Origin: Ptychomitrium polyphyllum
Lineage: Eukaryota
DNA length: 64,000 nucleotides
Reading direction: 5' to 3'
Assembly (NCBI GenBank): GCA_973851085.1
Contig: OZ316775.1
Location: 3,348,001 to 3,412,000 of the forward strand
The notes below the pieces were generated by a model. The model searched no databases, was not told the DNA's origin, and worked only from the letters and a program-made list of their open reading frames with translations. The first letter of the stretch is position 1. Every line of letters starts with the position of its first letter. Both the position numbers and the translations under genes were made by a program. This document shows, piece after piece, positions 13,758-27,500 of this stretch.

Positions 13758-13811
13758 TGAGGACCTCGATCATACTGTTGAGGACCTCGATCATTCCGTT
13801 GAGGACCTCGA
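13758..13811. repeat. 21-bp tandem repeat (TGAGGACCTCGATCATACTGT), ~2.5 copies
   Basis: Units start at 13758, 13779 and 13800. Confidence 0.85.
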
Positions 13812-13863
13812 ATTTATGATGAACTCGTGTTCCTTTTAGAACACAGTTTTTGTAGTGGTGAGC

Positions 13864-14001
13864 AATATGAGGGTTGAATTAGGTCCAACATGCAGATTGA
13901 ATTAGGTTTAAAATGAAGGTTGAATCAGGTCCTGTAGGACGGTTGGATTAGGTCCAATATGACGGTTGCATTAGGTCCAATATGACGGTTGAATTATGCC
14001 C
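13864..14001. repeat. 23-bp tandem repeat (consensus AATATGACGGTTGAATTAGGTCC), 6 degenerate copies
   Basis: Six consecutive 23-bp units read directly; no unique spacers between them. Confidence 0.9.
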
Positions 14002-16331
14002 AAGTGTTTTTGAAGTAATTATTTCAGGTAGTAGTTGTTTACATAAAGACTTGTCCTTTAATAACATGTTGTTTTGTAAGCTTTGATTGGTTTGTAAAGT
14101 TTATCTTACAAGACTATTTTGTTAAAAGATGTTGCCGCACAAGTTCTCATTAGCCAATAAGTTGTTTTTATAAAATTATAAAGCCAAAATATATTGGTAT
14201 ACAAAATCTTATTAGTATTCCAAGTATAAATATTGACTAAGAAAATTACAACCATTTAGTCCATTAATTCCAAGATGGATTTAATTTTTTTTTCTTTTTG
14301 ACCAATAATATTATTGTTTTTGAAGTGTCATTGGTGTAAATCAAAGTATATATAAGAAAATTTCCATTGTTCAATCTTGTAGTAAATTTGTTGTATATTA
14401 AAATAGGTCACAATTGAAATTATGTAGTTATAGAGATTGGAATGTTATTAAATTTCAATATTAAAAAAAAATCCTTAAATTTGATTAGTGGGACATTCAA
14501 GTTAATAAACTTACTATGATAACAAATTCTATTAATATAAATGTATACATGATTTGCCAATCTTAACACTGTATCATTTATAAATTACAATAATTTGGTT
14601 TTATGTCTAATATAATTAAAGATCATTTAATTTTGTACAATTATTATAAACCACAATAATATCAAAGAAATTCCTTCATATCACAAAAGAATCTCTTTAT
14701 GAAGTAAGAAATTCAAATTTTGCTTAAAATTTTGTTATTAATCTAAAGAATTGCATAAGAATATAAGTTTAATATATAACATTTTGTAGGTAATAATAAT
14801 TACACAAACATGTAAATTGAAAATTTTAAATTTTTATATTCTTAACTTTTGTACTATAAATTTGAATGAAAGAATTTAAGCATCAATTATAAATGACTTG
14901 ATTTAAAGTCGTGAAATTAATAAGTACCAATAATAATATTGATTAAAGACAATCCAAAATTTTGTAGCCAAAACCAAGAAAATGGTTGAAACTTTCAATG
15001 AAATCTTTTGATTAATGAGCAAAAGATCCTATATAACATATTCGATATAATTAACCAAAAAAATCTATTTCTATAAATTAAAAATTTAAAAATATACAAT
15101 TTTTAAAAAAAAATTACAAGATTTAGCAACAATTTTGCTTTAATGTATATTAAAGTTCATGCATTTTTTCTCATTCCTAAGCTTCAACTTTACCTACTTT
15201 CATATTTTCTAAAATAAAAAGATCAAACATGTAAATTATCAAAATAAAATTGTATATCAAATTTAAATGATGAAATATATGAAATTAGAAAATTATATTT
15301 CACTTCAACACAATTTTTAAATACGCCATAAAATAGATAAACCTTCATAAATTTATAACTCATAAAAATATTACTTATTCAAAAAAAAAAAAACTAAAAA
15401 AACTAAATACAGATTTTATAGCTTTAAAAAGATATGAACTTTTCATTGTAAAGTTTCGAATTTTGTATCAATTTTTTTGTAATTAAACTTAATAGCAAAT
15501 TATGCTTACAAAGCAAAGTATACATTAAAAGAACTATGCCAAATTAATTTTTGAGCTTCTCAAAAACTAAAAAGTTTATGAATGGTAACCATGGACTTTA
15601 AATGCATGATTCTAATTCATAGCGTTTTCACAATATTTATCTTTAAAGAGCATAGATTTATAAACTTAACATCTCAAATATTTAAATTTTTTTATTAGAT
15701 TCTTTTGCTGAATTTCATAATTTAAAATTCATTATTATATTCCAAAAATCATTCCCATTTAATAAAAGAAACTATTCTTGTCTTTCATCTAGTTTAAATT
15801 ATTACTTCTATAACTTTAATATAAATATGTACTTTGATATAGAAAGTACTTACACATGCATTATCCGTTCAACTTGAGATTTAAATGGCCAGATATATGA
15901 ATCTAGTTTTTCAACTTTGTGGATTTGTGACAGAGCGAAGTTAAGCATCACAAACCTCAAATGTCACCAATTTTGAATCTACATCACCTGTAGGTATCTC
16001 CATCATTCATCCAGACTCGTATCTTCGTCGTCAGAATACGATTCTTTCGTTAACCATTCCTAATCAAGTTTTGATGTTGGGGAAAGGGACCTGCACGGAC
16101 GAGCGCAACTACCGTACCTCATTCGTGTGGGAATAACTGAAGTATGAGAAAATAATACTAGCTTCGAAGGTGTCATTGTGAATATAAAGAGCGAACAAAA
16201 AAACAAACTAAAGTTCAATTGTCAAACATCTAGAAACTTACGCTATAAACTTGGACCTAAAATATCACTATGATAGAACATGGAACCAGAAACCGAAAAA
16301 AAACAGAACATGATTACACCCAAATAAAAGT

Positions 16332-19300
16332 TCACATTTACCACTCCATTACAAAATTCCAATACTACACTTCCTTAAGCATGCCAGAGTAATCAAAGCA
16401 GTCACTTATATTTCAAACACCTAGAAAGAGACAGTAATGATTTCCACTGACAAGTGCCCAAGATTTCCATTGTACAATTTCTAAACAAGCACCTCAGTCG
16501 TACATCGCAGCCAATCAAGCGCTGCTAACATATGTCTACCAGCGGAACCATATTCCCAACTTCTCAGATGTCCCGAATCGATGTACACTCACCAAAATCC
16601 TACCTCCGCCAGTCTGCAAGTGAAGGAGTGCCGCCGCTCGCTGCACATAGTCTTGCTGCCCACACCCCACCCCTCGCAAACTCCACGACTCCTCCACATT
16701 GCTCGCACCTTAACTACAGCGTGCCTACCTCCCAACCAGGAATACCACGTGACCCTGGCTTCTTACCTGCCCTGATTCTCCGCTGCTGGAGGCGGCCGAC
16801 CACCGGGACCTCCCATCATGCTACCAGGCGGGGGCGGCATGCCCGGTGGACCTCGAGGAGGTGGAGGCATACCCTGTTGCATCTGTTGTTGGTTCATGCC
16901 CATGCCCTGCAGCTGCTGCATGCCTGGCGGTGGCGGCCGCATGCCTTGCGGAGGCGGCCCTCTGCCCCAAGGGGGAGGGCCCCCCATCCCCATCGCTGCT
17001 GGACCGCCCCCGCCTGGACCCCCGTGGAACCCATGAGGAGGTGGACCCATGCTCGGAGGTCGTGAGCCTGGAGGGCCGGGCCTGAACTGGGGAGGCGCCG
17101 CCATGCCCTGTTGCTGCATCATCTGGTGGCCCTGGTTTCCCCACTGGGGCGGAGGACCTTGCCCTCCTTGCATCTGCTGCGGAGGACCCTGGTTCTGGTG
17201 CTGCTGCTGCATCGGAGGACCCCCGTAACCCTGGGGTGGTGGCGGTGCCAGCACCTGCATCATCTGCCCTTGTTGCGGTGGAGGGGGCATCGGCGGAGGG
17301 CCGCCGTTGAATGGCGCTGGGGGATGCATCGACCCGTTCATGCTCATCCCCAGGTTGCCGTTGCCTTGCGCCGGAGCGGGGGCCAGCCCTTGTCCCAGCT
17401 GCGGAGGACCCACCAGCGACGGAGGCCCGCTCGCGAACAGAGTGTGCGGCCGGTTCTTCGTCGCATTCGGGTTATTCGATGCCAGCATGCGCTCTGCACG
17501 ACACATCCTCCGGCCCGTTACGCTGCTGCCCTCGGTACCCATCCCACCACAGATCATCCACACAAAACCTCCCCACAATCCACCTCGCCCATGCCGCACC
17601 AACTTCCGACTGCAACCCAACAACGTCGGGCGGGACGAGACGCTCACCTGCTAGAGTTCCATGACGCTCGCCTTTGGTGTCCTTCTTGTACGCGTATGAG
17701 ACCGTGATAGCCCGATTGCACAGATACTGCCCGTTCATCGCCTGCGCAATTGCAACCACCACCCTTCACCACCTGCCACTCCTCATCACATCCCTGCATC
17801 TCCTAATCTACGCCACCCTCGCCCACACCAGAAACAACCCACCGCCGCACCCGGCCCCGACCCTTACCTCGATGGCAGAATCCGACGCCTCGAACGAGTC
17901 GTAGCTGATGAACCCGAAGCCTCGTGAGTTGCCCGAGTCTGGATCCCTCATGATCTGCACATCATCCGTTCTCAGCCTCGTCAGACCCGCAATTCCAACG
18001 CCACCCCGTTGCCTCAAACCGTCCACACAACCCTCCCCGTCTCGACAACGCAAAGGACACCAGGAATGTGTGTCATGTGCATTGCAATTCCTCCCCACGC
18101 ATCACCACCACCACGCCCACCGTACCTTCGGGTTCGTCACTATCACGCCGAACGCGCTGAAGGTGTCGTACAATAGTTTCTCGTCCACATCCTGCACATC
18201 ACGCCGCCTTGTCAGCTCCTTCTCAACATTCTGACACCAGACTGCCCCAACTTGGGACGTCCACTATTCAAAGGCCTCGCGGTCCCCTTCCCAGGCAACC
18301 TGTCCGATTTCGTCAACACAGGAAACACCCCGAGGCCACTTACAGGATCCAAGTTGCCCACGAACAAATTGGCGCCCACGTCCAGGCTCTTCTTGTCCTG
18401 AGACGCCTGCATCAGCCACAGATCCAACCTCAGCAACCCATCACTTGCCTTGCTTCCACCACCGTCACACAGCACATGCATCCAAATGGACAATCATCAC
18501 AGCGTCCTCGCCCGCCCAAGGATCGCCCACACCCCCTTCCCTTCACCGTGTCAGGCGCTTCAGATGCCCTACCTTGTTCACTCGAATAGGTTTGCCATAC
18601 AACTTGATCATGTTCAGGATCTTGATGGCCTACGCACGCTCACCACGCCCTTGTCAGTGCCCCAGCCAAAGCAAAAAAAGTCAGTACCCTGTCCAACGTC
18701 GTAGACATGCAACACACCATCATCCTGGGCTACACGTATCACTCACATAATCGGCATCCTCTTCGCTTCGAAACTCCACGAACCCATAGCCCTGATGCAA
18801 ATTCGTCACCCTGTCCTTCGGCACATACACGTTCACTGCTCCGCCCACCACCACAAAACATTTATCAGCCTCCGTCTACCGACGCCCAAAACCAACGTCC
18901 TCCAAAACCGGGCAACGTCCTGGATCGTCACTGTAAAGCTGGCAGGTCAAGGGCGCGACCGCTGACAACCGGAAAACAACATCATACGTCAACGGCGATC
19001 GAGCCGATGCTTGAGAATCCGGTGGCACTCGCTCTCGCGGTTTCGTGCCCTAGCCCTTCCAATGCCGAGCAGGCCATCTGTCGGACCGAATGCTCATCCG
19101 CGCCAGCAGTAGCCTGCCATCAACAGACGGGAGAAACGCCTGCCATATCGATCTCCATGGCAGAAAAGAAAAGGTGGAGGGGCGGATATCACGGACCTAC
19201 AGGGCCGGCCTGTACGAACAGCTCCCACAGCAGCTCCTCCGAGACCTGCTCCACTCACAATCGTCCCATTTCGTCAGCTATCATACGACCAGCCAATTCA

Positions 19301-19675
19301 ACAGCACCTTCCACGACAATTCACCTACAGCGAGGACTCAAGCATCCGAGCACCCTGCGCCTCCCCAGCGACGTAGGGCTGGGGTGGTAGCCAGAGCGAT
19401 CAACCGGAATGCGACTCCTAACAGAGCCCTGTCGGAACGCGCACAGATGGGACTCCGCTGCCAACACCTCCGACGGATCGCACAATCCAGCTGGTGTAGT
19501 GAGAACACGAACGCAGGGCAGGGGGTAGCGTGGACGTACCTGGGAGTCGAGGTTGCCGACGTAGGCGGTGGCGTCCTGGTTGCGCTCCGCGGCGTGCTGC
19601 CCGAGCAGGTTGGCGCCCACGCCAGGCGTGATGCGAGTCGTCATGCGGACTCCCACGCCACCACCGCCGCCCGCA
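16332..19675. repeat. Inverted-repeat arm tract A1 (whole SF3B4 gene); reverse complement of 50178-53521
   Basis: ORF translations are mirrored in all frames (position sum 69853). The only difference I noticed is one base in the 5' UTR. Identity starts 31 bp upstream of the ATG and ends ~430 bp past the stop codon. Confidence 0.95.
16763..19644 (-). CDS. SF3B4: Splicing factor 3B subunit 4 (SAP49/Hsh49), copy A, 9 exons, ~446 aa
   Basis: Exons 19644-19540, 19245-19197, 18835-18747, 18629-18573, 18406-18344, 18191-18126, 17954-17868, 17741-17648, 17493-16763. Two RRMs ([108 protein letters not shown]) followed by a Pro/Gly/Gln/Met-rich tail. Confidence 0.96.
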
Positions 19676-21501
19676 TTTCCCTTCCCGTTGGTCACATGCA
19701 GCGATCCGCCTGCAGAAACGAAAGGCGTCCCGCAGAACCCGAAACCCTAATCCTTGAACTCTGAATCCCGAAGCAGCCCAGGCGACCACAAACGCTGAAG
19801 CAAATGCTCAAGAGCTTCAACACATGCGGAGCCAAGACGTGCGAGCGTGGACGGAGTTAGGGGACGCTTGTGGGGTTTTGGGCTCCCTTGGAGTCTCTTT
19901 TTGTTGCCCTTTCTCTGTTTCCGGGTGTTCCTCAAGAATTGTTTGCAGAGATACCTGGATATTTCATAGGGCCTCTTTTCATCATCCATTGTGCACTGGA
20001 GCAGCGTTTTCACAATGGGAGCAATTACTGTGGGAAAGTCTTCTCGTATTGACCACTTTGGAAGTGCTCTTAGGATTTTGCGTGAAAGAATTTGACCTCA
20101 TGAGAAGATTTTATACTTGACGTTTAAGAATTTATATGTGATGATGGAAGTTATTTTTGAATATTAGTGAATGATTAAAATATGTGATATCTTTTAAGAA
20201 AGATATAGCAATCTTTAAAACTCTTCTTTTCTATTAAATAGTATCATCTTTAAACCCATTGTAGTAATGAAGGATGTAAATGAGAATTTAATAATTAATT
20301 AAGAGTTGATCAAATTATCTTTTATATCAACTATTTCACATGAGCATGTGCCATTTGATAAGATCCATATTCATTGGTTTTTTATACTTAGAGAAACTAT
20401 TCAATTTAATAAAGCTTATCATATTAGTCTTTTAGTTTAGTAAAAATGGTAGGTTGTAATTATAGTCACTTGCATTATTTTTCAAATCAGTTCAAATTGA
20501 AACAAAATTAATCATATTAATATGCAAATTGTTTTGGAAGGAGGAAAAAAGGTGGAAGACATTTTATAACAAAGTTGGAGGCTTTTAATATATAGTAAAT
20601 TTATGGATTTCATCCATAGAAAATAGTATTTTTTATATAATTTTATTTCATTTGCACCATCATATAAAGTTTTTTTTGTATGCCAAATAATTATAAAAAA
20701 GATTGTACAATTACATTAAAATATGAACACTTGCAAATGTTGTAAGTTAGTTTAATACTTTTTTATATTTCAGATTTCGTCCAAGAATGGCAAGTGATGC
20801 ACCCATTCCACATCCGGAACCATGGGTGCCTCGCCATGAATGACAAAGTGCAAAAGGAAGTCGTTAGTTTGAAGGACGGTGAAGTCAAAAGGATTCAAAG
20901 AGGCCCCTTACATCAAACGAACGCCATCTCAACGCACCTCCCACCCAACGTCGTCAACGCCGACTCCCCCTGCAGCGTTACCGGGCACCCACGACCGCCC
21001 CCACCGCGTTCCCACCTCCCTGTCTGCAACGCCCTTCAGCAAACGAACGCACACCCAAAACCACCAGCATCTACCCGTGCCCTACATTCACCTCGTCAAT
21101 TCTGCAAGGCCGGAGTTATCACCGGTTTTAGATACATCAACGGATCTACGAGGACATGATTGCAGCATTATCTATGAGTAGTGGAGAGCCGACGGATGGA
21201 ATGTACGCTCGGGTAGAGGAGAAGGGGGGATCGAGCGACGGTTTTAGGGCCCAGGGTGGGCGTAAGGCGTCGAGGTTGGAGCGTGGCGGGGGAGACTTGT
21301 TCTTGACGATGGAGATGGAGCGTCGGAGGCTCTGGGTTTTGGAGGTTTCGGCCGGTGGGAGCGTTGTGGATGTGCACATAGGGTGATCGAGAGTGAGTGT
21401 GTTCGTTTCGCGCTGTGTGTTGTGGCGTGGTGTGGTTTGGTTTGAGCGCGGAGGGAGAGGGATTGGGATGCTCGTGCGACAGAGGGGAGAGGAGGAGCTT
21501 G

Positions 21502-24500
21502 ATGGAGCGGTCGGAGCGATCGGAGCGGTCGGAGAGGTTGTCCCGGGGGTCACGGGGCGCGCGCGCGCAGGTGCCAGGGGCGCGGGTGCCGAGGCGCGTG
21601 GTGCGCAATTGGGAGCGCCTAGTGGGCGAGGCGGTGCGGGCGCGCCTGGAGACTGCGGAGCACTCGGACTGGAGCAGCGAGGAGGGGGAGGACGAGGATG
21701 GGCACGAGAGGATGGCGAGGCGGCCCAGGAAGCGGTACGAGAGGTCCAAGTCGTACGTGGTGCCGCAGTCGCTGGCTGCGCAGACCGACATTGATGCGGT
21801 CATGGAAGCCGCGGAGGATATCCAGAAGGACGATAGCGAAGTGGCTCGCATTTGTACGTTGCTGAACTCTCACCTTGATTGGTGTTCTTTTTTGTGTGTT
21901 GGTAGTGTGTCGGTACGAGTCGATTTGAAATCTAAGAGTGGACGTCGTCTAACAAGCCAGATGAGCCGTCCGAAACCAATGAAGGATGAAGTTTACATTG
22001 GTAGTGCGTCTGAATTCTTAATTCCTTTTTTTCCTTGCGTACCCTGGTTTCTTGCTGCAGAGGGATTTGTGATGATAAACTTTGCTCTAGTTTAGGCCGA
22101 CGACACAATGCTGTAGTTTTTCAGCTCGGTTCTGCTGTTCTTAGCTCAGATTTTTAGTTGGAGAATTCTTGCATCGAATTTTTGCGTGTCGATCTTACCT
22201 TGAATCACCGAAATACCCTACTTCATCACGTTTCTGGCCTTTATCCTGGTCGTTTAGATAGCCTGTGTCCGTATCGCACATACGAGTTCAGCGAATGTAG
22301 TTAGTGAAGTGTAAATACGTGTTTAGCTTCCAGATTGTGTATTTTGAGTCCCTCTGTTTCTGCCAACTCGATCTTAACGTGGATTGTTGTTTGCGCTTCC
22401 CGCGCTTCAACGTGCTCTTGGCAATGCCTCTTTGTAGAACTATTTGACAGGCTTTCTTTTCCTGCAATTTGGGTACTAGGTCAGTAATGCTGTTCAGCTG
22501 TTGTTTCATCTTCTGGTTTTCCTTAACTGTCTCTGGGCTTGATCAGAATCTGGATACTGTGGTGTGTTCTTGGGGCATGTATTTGCAACAACAACTAAAC
22601 GGTAACATTTTCAAGTTACATTAATTTTGGCTGGGAGGTTGAGAGGCTAGAAGGTGGAAGAGAGGAGAATTGTACGGAAGAGCGAGCTCATCGTCGATCA
22701 TGTGACAGGAACGAGTACTTTCATTACAGGCAGGGCTATTGCCAGTAACATTCAAGAAATCCCAGAGTTTTTGAATGCAGAGGTTGTCAATCGTTCCATT
22801 ATTAACGATATGGAGTGGGTGTGGGGCAGTGTACGAATATGCATACAATTTAACTCAACAAATGGATCCTTTGAATCAAGGGCGAGGCGTTCTCCAGTTC
22901 AAATCAGCTTTAAAAGCCGTTCTGATGGTACGTGATGCTAGTGCGTTACCGGAAGATTCAATGGAGGCCAAGTTTTATTTATTCGTTTTGTGATACTCGT
23001 AGTGAAATCAGTACATGGGTCTCTTTACCCTACATTGAAGCTCAACGTCTTTGTTTTGTTGGTTAACTTAGCTTTTAAAATTTACACTTCTTGTGGCGGA
23101 TGTAAGTAGTTTGACCGTTTAGTAGTAAGTATCCGTCGGTTGCATTGATGCCTCAATTTTGAAGCAGAGGTTGGCATGTAAGTTGAGTAGATGGAGTAAG
23201 TTTCAAGTGAAACATTCAAGTCTTTGACAGTAAGTGATGACACAGTCGGAACCTTGAAATTTGTGCAGCAAAAGCGTATAAAGCGCCATATTGACCGAAG
23301 CAAAGATGTCGATCTTCTCACCGAGTACCACAGAATGTTTAAAGAGAAAGAGGACATTGCAAATCTTGATGCAGAAGAGCAAGCGGCTCGAGAGGGTCTG
23401 GCGCCAGAAAACGAGAATCCTGAATAGTACGTTGTCAATCCCCATTGCTGTTGGTGAAATCTTCATCTCTGTTGGGCCTCGTCTGTGATGTTCTTACAGT
23501 TTATAGTGCATACCGTTGTAGCAGCTGCAGCCTAAGCAAGGCTGTCCTATATTTCTCCAAACCGGTTTTATTCTGTTTTGGATTTCATCAAGAGGGTCTT
23601 TTTCTGCAGCTTCGTAATGGAGCTGCTCCTGTTTTTCTATTTGTTAATGTGATGGATCATTGTTTTAGTGTTAATTTTTTAATTAGGAAAGTTGGTACGG
23701 ATTTTGCTGTCCATCACCTAGCGATTTTATTGGTCACTTGCATACTACTGAAATAAGGTTCAGCTCTTTTCTGTTTTGAACTTGGAAAATCGGCTAGTCC
23801 TTCGTGGTGTTAAAATGGTACGTGATGATGGCGTAACAGCTGATGAGCCACGTTTTTGTCATGTGATTGAGCTATGTGGTTTGGTTTCTGCAGCCAAGCG
23901 TGGAGAACGGAGAAACTTAGGAGATTCTATGAAATTTCAAATATCTTGAACAACGCGGTTAACTTTTTGGCGGCTGTGGAACCTGAAGCTGGCTCCAGTG
24001 GTCGTGATTCAGCTGTAAGTCAAAGTTTACTATACCTTTGTTTGGAATTACGGATGAAGGAGGGGCTTCTTAATATTTGTATGACAGTTGCTGTACCTTG
24101 TAAACGTTCATTACTAACAATGGGTCTTACTTGTGTTCAGAAAAGTGAATTGGGTGCAGACGCTAAAAAGGTAGAGCAGTATAAAGCTTACAATATACTG
24201 CCTTTAGAATCTGCTGGTATCAATAATCCTTTCCAGCATTTTCCTGAGGTAAGATTTTGTTAATTTTCTGCATTCTAGATTGTTGAATCTGAAAGTGGTT
24301 GAAATTTATGACGCGGTGCTAGCTCAACCTTTTTTTCTTGCTTGCGAAGGGAATGCTACTCTTTTTTCTCTATTGTTTAGGTCAGGAATCTCACGAAGCT
24401 TATGTGACCACCTTTAAACTACCTCGAATCTAATTTGGTCTGGTCGTTCATTGATTGAAGTGTTTTTTCCTTGTATACAGGTTATTGCTGCCACGAGAGC

Positions 24501-27500
24501 TTTGTATACCTCCGAATGGTCGCAGTTTCCACAATTTGGAACTGAGTACTCCAAGAATATCGGCAGGGATGTCTTGGACATCTTTGATTTCTTGCATTAT
24601 GCTTTTTGTTTCCAGGTATATATTTGTGGCATATTTCGTTTTCTAAAAATAAAAATAGAAATCCTTGTGCGTTTGTGCTTTTACACTTCGTTGAGTTTGT
24701 GATGCTAGTCTTCGAGGTGAGGTGTTTTCTTTACTCGCTTCCTTTCAACGTGCACAGAAAGACAATGTAGCTAATCAGCGGGAGCATCTCATTCTGCTTT
24801 TGGCTAATTCGGAGTCTCGGGAGGGTACCCTCTCTGAAGAGACTGCACTGGCTCACAACGCGAAGGTACACGGTTTCTACTTCTAATTCTGTATTATTAT
24901 CAGCGCAATCCGATATTCTTGTGCATCTGATTATGACCACAGCATGGCATACTAATTTGCTGCATTCTTCCTGACATGCTTTTTGGTTAAAAAGGCATGG
25001 TACCTCTGGAACAACAGAGTCTTTAACCTGTGATATCTGTTATTGTGTATCTCAGCTGGATGTGAAGGCCATCGAAAATGTTTATAATCGGATTTTAGCA
25101 AACTATGAGCGCTGGTGTAACTTTCTGAAGCAGAAGCCTCAGACTAAACTGTGAGATTTTCTTTTGCCTCTCTGGTAATTCGTGTTACCTGTACTCAGTT
25201 TTGCAGAGCACGTCTGAAGTCATTCGAATTTGACGAAGTTGTAATTGGTCTGCATCTCAACCCGCAAAATTTGGACATTGAAAGTGGTTCAAAATTTTGT
25301 AGAGGGGCTTTTGATTTTGTTGTGTTTATTTGGTATGGAAATCAGAGCAAGAGATCCACAAAAGAAACTCTGCTTGGTCGCTCTTTATCTCTTGATTTGG
25401 GGCGAAGCAGCAAATGTCCGCTTTCTTCCTGAATGCTTGTGTTACATATTTCATCATGTAAGTTGCATACTTTTGCCTCGGTCTCATCTAGTTTTCTTGA
25501 TTTTCATGGACTAGTGTGTGGTTGTTTTAAGTCATTTTTAGTGTACTGAGGCTTACATTTGTGGCTTCTTTTCATCAGTATCTTTTGGTTATGGCATGCC
25601 AATCAACTTGTACCAAACAGTTCTGAAATGACACTGAAGTTTAGTCGATGCTGCTTTCACTATTATCATCATCATTTTATTTGATTCCATGCAACAGATG
25701 GCGGACGAATGTTTTACGTTGCTGGATAAAAGTTATGTTGAGATATCAACAATAACGATTAAGGCAACTGAGGATGAATCTACTGAGTATGCATTTTTGG
25801 AGCAGATCATTACTCCGATTTACAATATTGTAGCTGCGGTAAGAAATTTGGTCACATATCCTCCAAGAATTTGGAAATGTGCCCGACGTGCACGCCAAGT
25901 TTCTTGATACGGTTCCAGTGTGCCAATTTTGCCGAAGTGCAAAGCTGTTTTATCACATCCAATTTTCATTTTCAGATATTATGGGTTCATGCAGGAGGCC
26001 AAAAATAGCGAACATGGAAAAGCGCCACACGGAAGCTGGCGGAATTACGATGATTTTAACGAGTATTTCTGGTAAAGCAGAGCCTTCCTCTCTGCTTAGA
26101 GAACTATAGAGTAATGTTGTCTTTTTTCCCTGTTATATGTTGATTCTTCTTTTTTGGCTATTGTAGTCTGATCTTCTCTTTCAGTAAATCGGTCTGTTTT
26201 GGTTAGGCCTTTGCTTTAACGGAGGTTGTGGTTGTCGTGAATGCAGGCAGCCGTCTTGCTTTCATCTGAAATGGCCTTGGCGATTAGAAGCAGGGTTCTT
26301 CACAAAGCCACGAAAAAAGGGTGATAAAAAGGTCGAATACACTGAATTCGACAAGATTCTCATTTTGTCTTTCTATTGGTGCTCTAACTCTATCCACTAT
26401 ATTGCGCTCTTGCTTTTCTACAGTATTTGAATTATATTTGAACTGCTTTTATGGCACAGTTAAAGTTTTCTTGGGGTTAGTCTGAACTTGTAAATCGCTG
26501 ACCATCTTTTCATTTATTCTATCGCCAGGCTCAATCTTCTCGAGAAGATACAACCCCATTGTTGGGATCTGATATGAGAAGGGAACGAAGAGTTGGGAAG
26601 ATGCACTTTGTAGAGCACCGCTCTAGTCTCCACTTGTACCACAGCTTTCATCGGCTTTGGGTTTTCTTAGCTTGCATGTTTCAGGTATACCTCTTATTTA
26701 AATGGTGGATCTTCAGATGATTGTTTAGGACAAGATTCCACATCCTACTCAGACACTACATTAGCAACTCTTTGGGTTCCTGCATCCTGCATTTGGACAA
26801 TTTATTTGCTTACTTTCTGATGTTTTTTCTGTCGTGCACTCCATCTTTGGTTGAATAATCCTCTTACATTTTATGACTGATATTTTCAGGTCTTGGCAGT
26901 ATGGGCCTTTTGCAGCGACAACGGACAGTTGAATCTGCATGTTCGAACCATTAAAAAAATGATGAGCGTTGGCCCTACATTTGCTGTTATGAAGCTTTTG
27001 AAATGTGAGTTTGTCTCGACTCTTAACCAATGTAAGCGTTAAAGAAATACCAAATGGTTGGAGGAGAGACGTGGGCTTCTTTCCTTTCCTCATTTATTTG
27101 AAAGTATATTGCTGGTTGATTCTCTTCCATCTATACTTGAACAATATCTAGAACTAAAATAGTTTTGAACTTCTCAGGCGTCCAATACTCGGAAGTTGAT
27201 AGCTCAGTGCTTTTGAGCTTTGACACCATCTCAAACTCATGTTGTGATATATTCTCGTTTATTTTGTGATGCGGTCAGGTCGATGCTCAAATTTGATTTC
27301 TTGAGAATTGTCGCTTTCTTCAATTCAGTCCTTTGCGTATCTGGTTTTGAAGTTCTCTGACGCAAACTGTTGATTATTATCCAGCAATTTTGGATTTCGC
27401 CTTCATGTGGGGAGCCATTAGAAACACTCGCAAGCAGATTGTCATGCGGATGCTTATACGACTTGTCTGGTTGCTGGGCCTATCCGGTGGTGTTCTATAC

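Noticed and set aside
13847..13857. TTTTTGTAGTG (CACTA-like terminus) and CACTACAAAG at 49711
   Set aside because: The two point away from each other, and there is no matching partner TIR, 3-bp TSD or transposase.
13758..14001. Short direct repeats resembling a CRISPR array
   Set aside because: The units are head-to-tail with no unique spacers, there are no cas genes, and the context is eukaryotic.
11439..19644. Functional link between SAGA (ADA1) and SF3b (SF3B4) as the reason for co-duplication
   Set aside because: The SF3b subunits known to be shared with SAGA are SF3B3 and SF3B5, not SF3B4; adjacency alone explains co-duplication.
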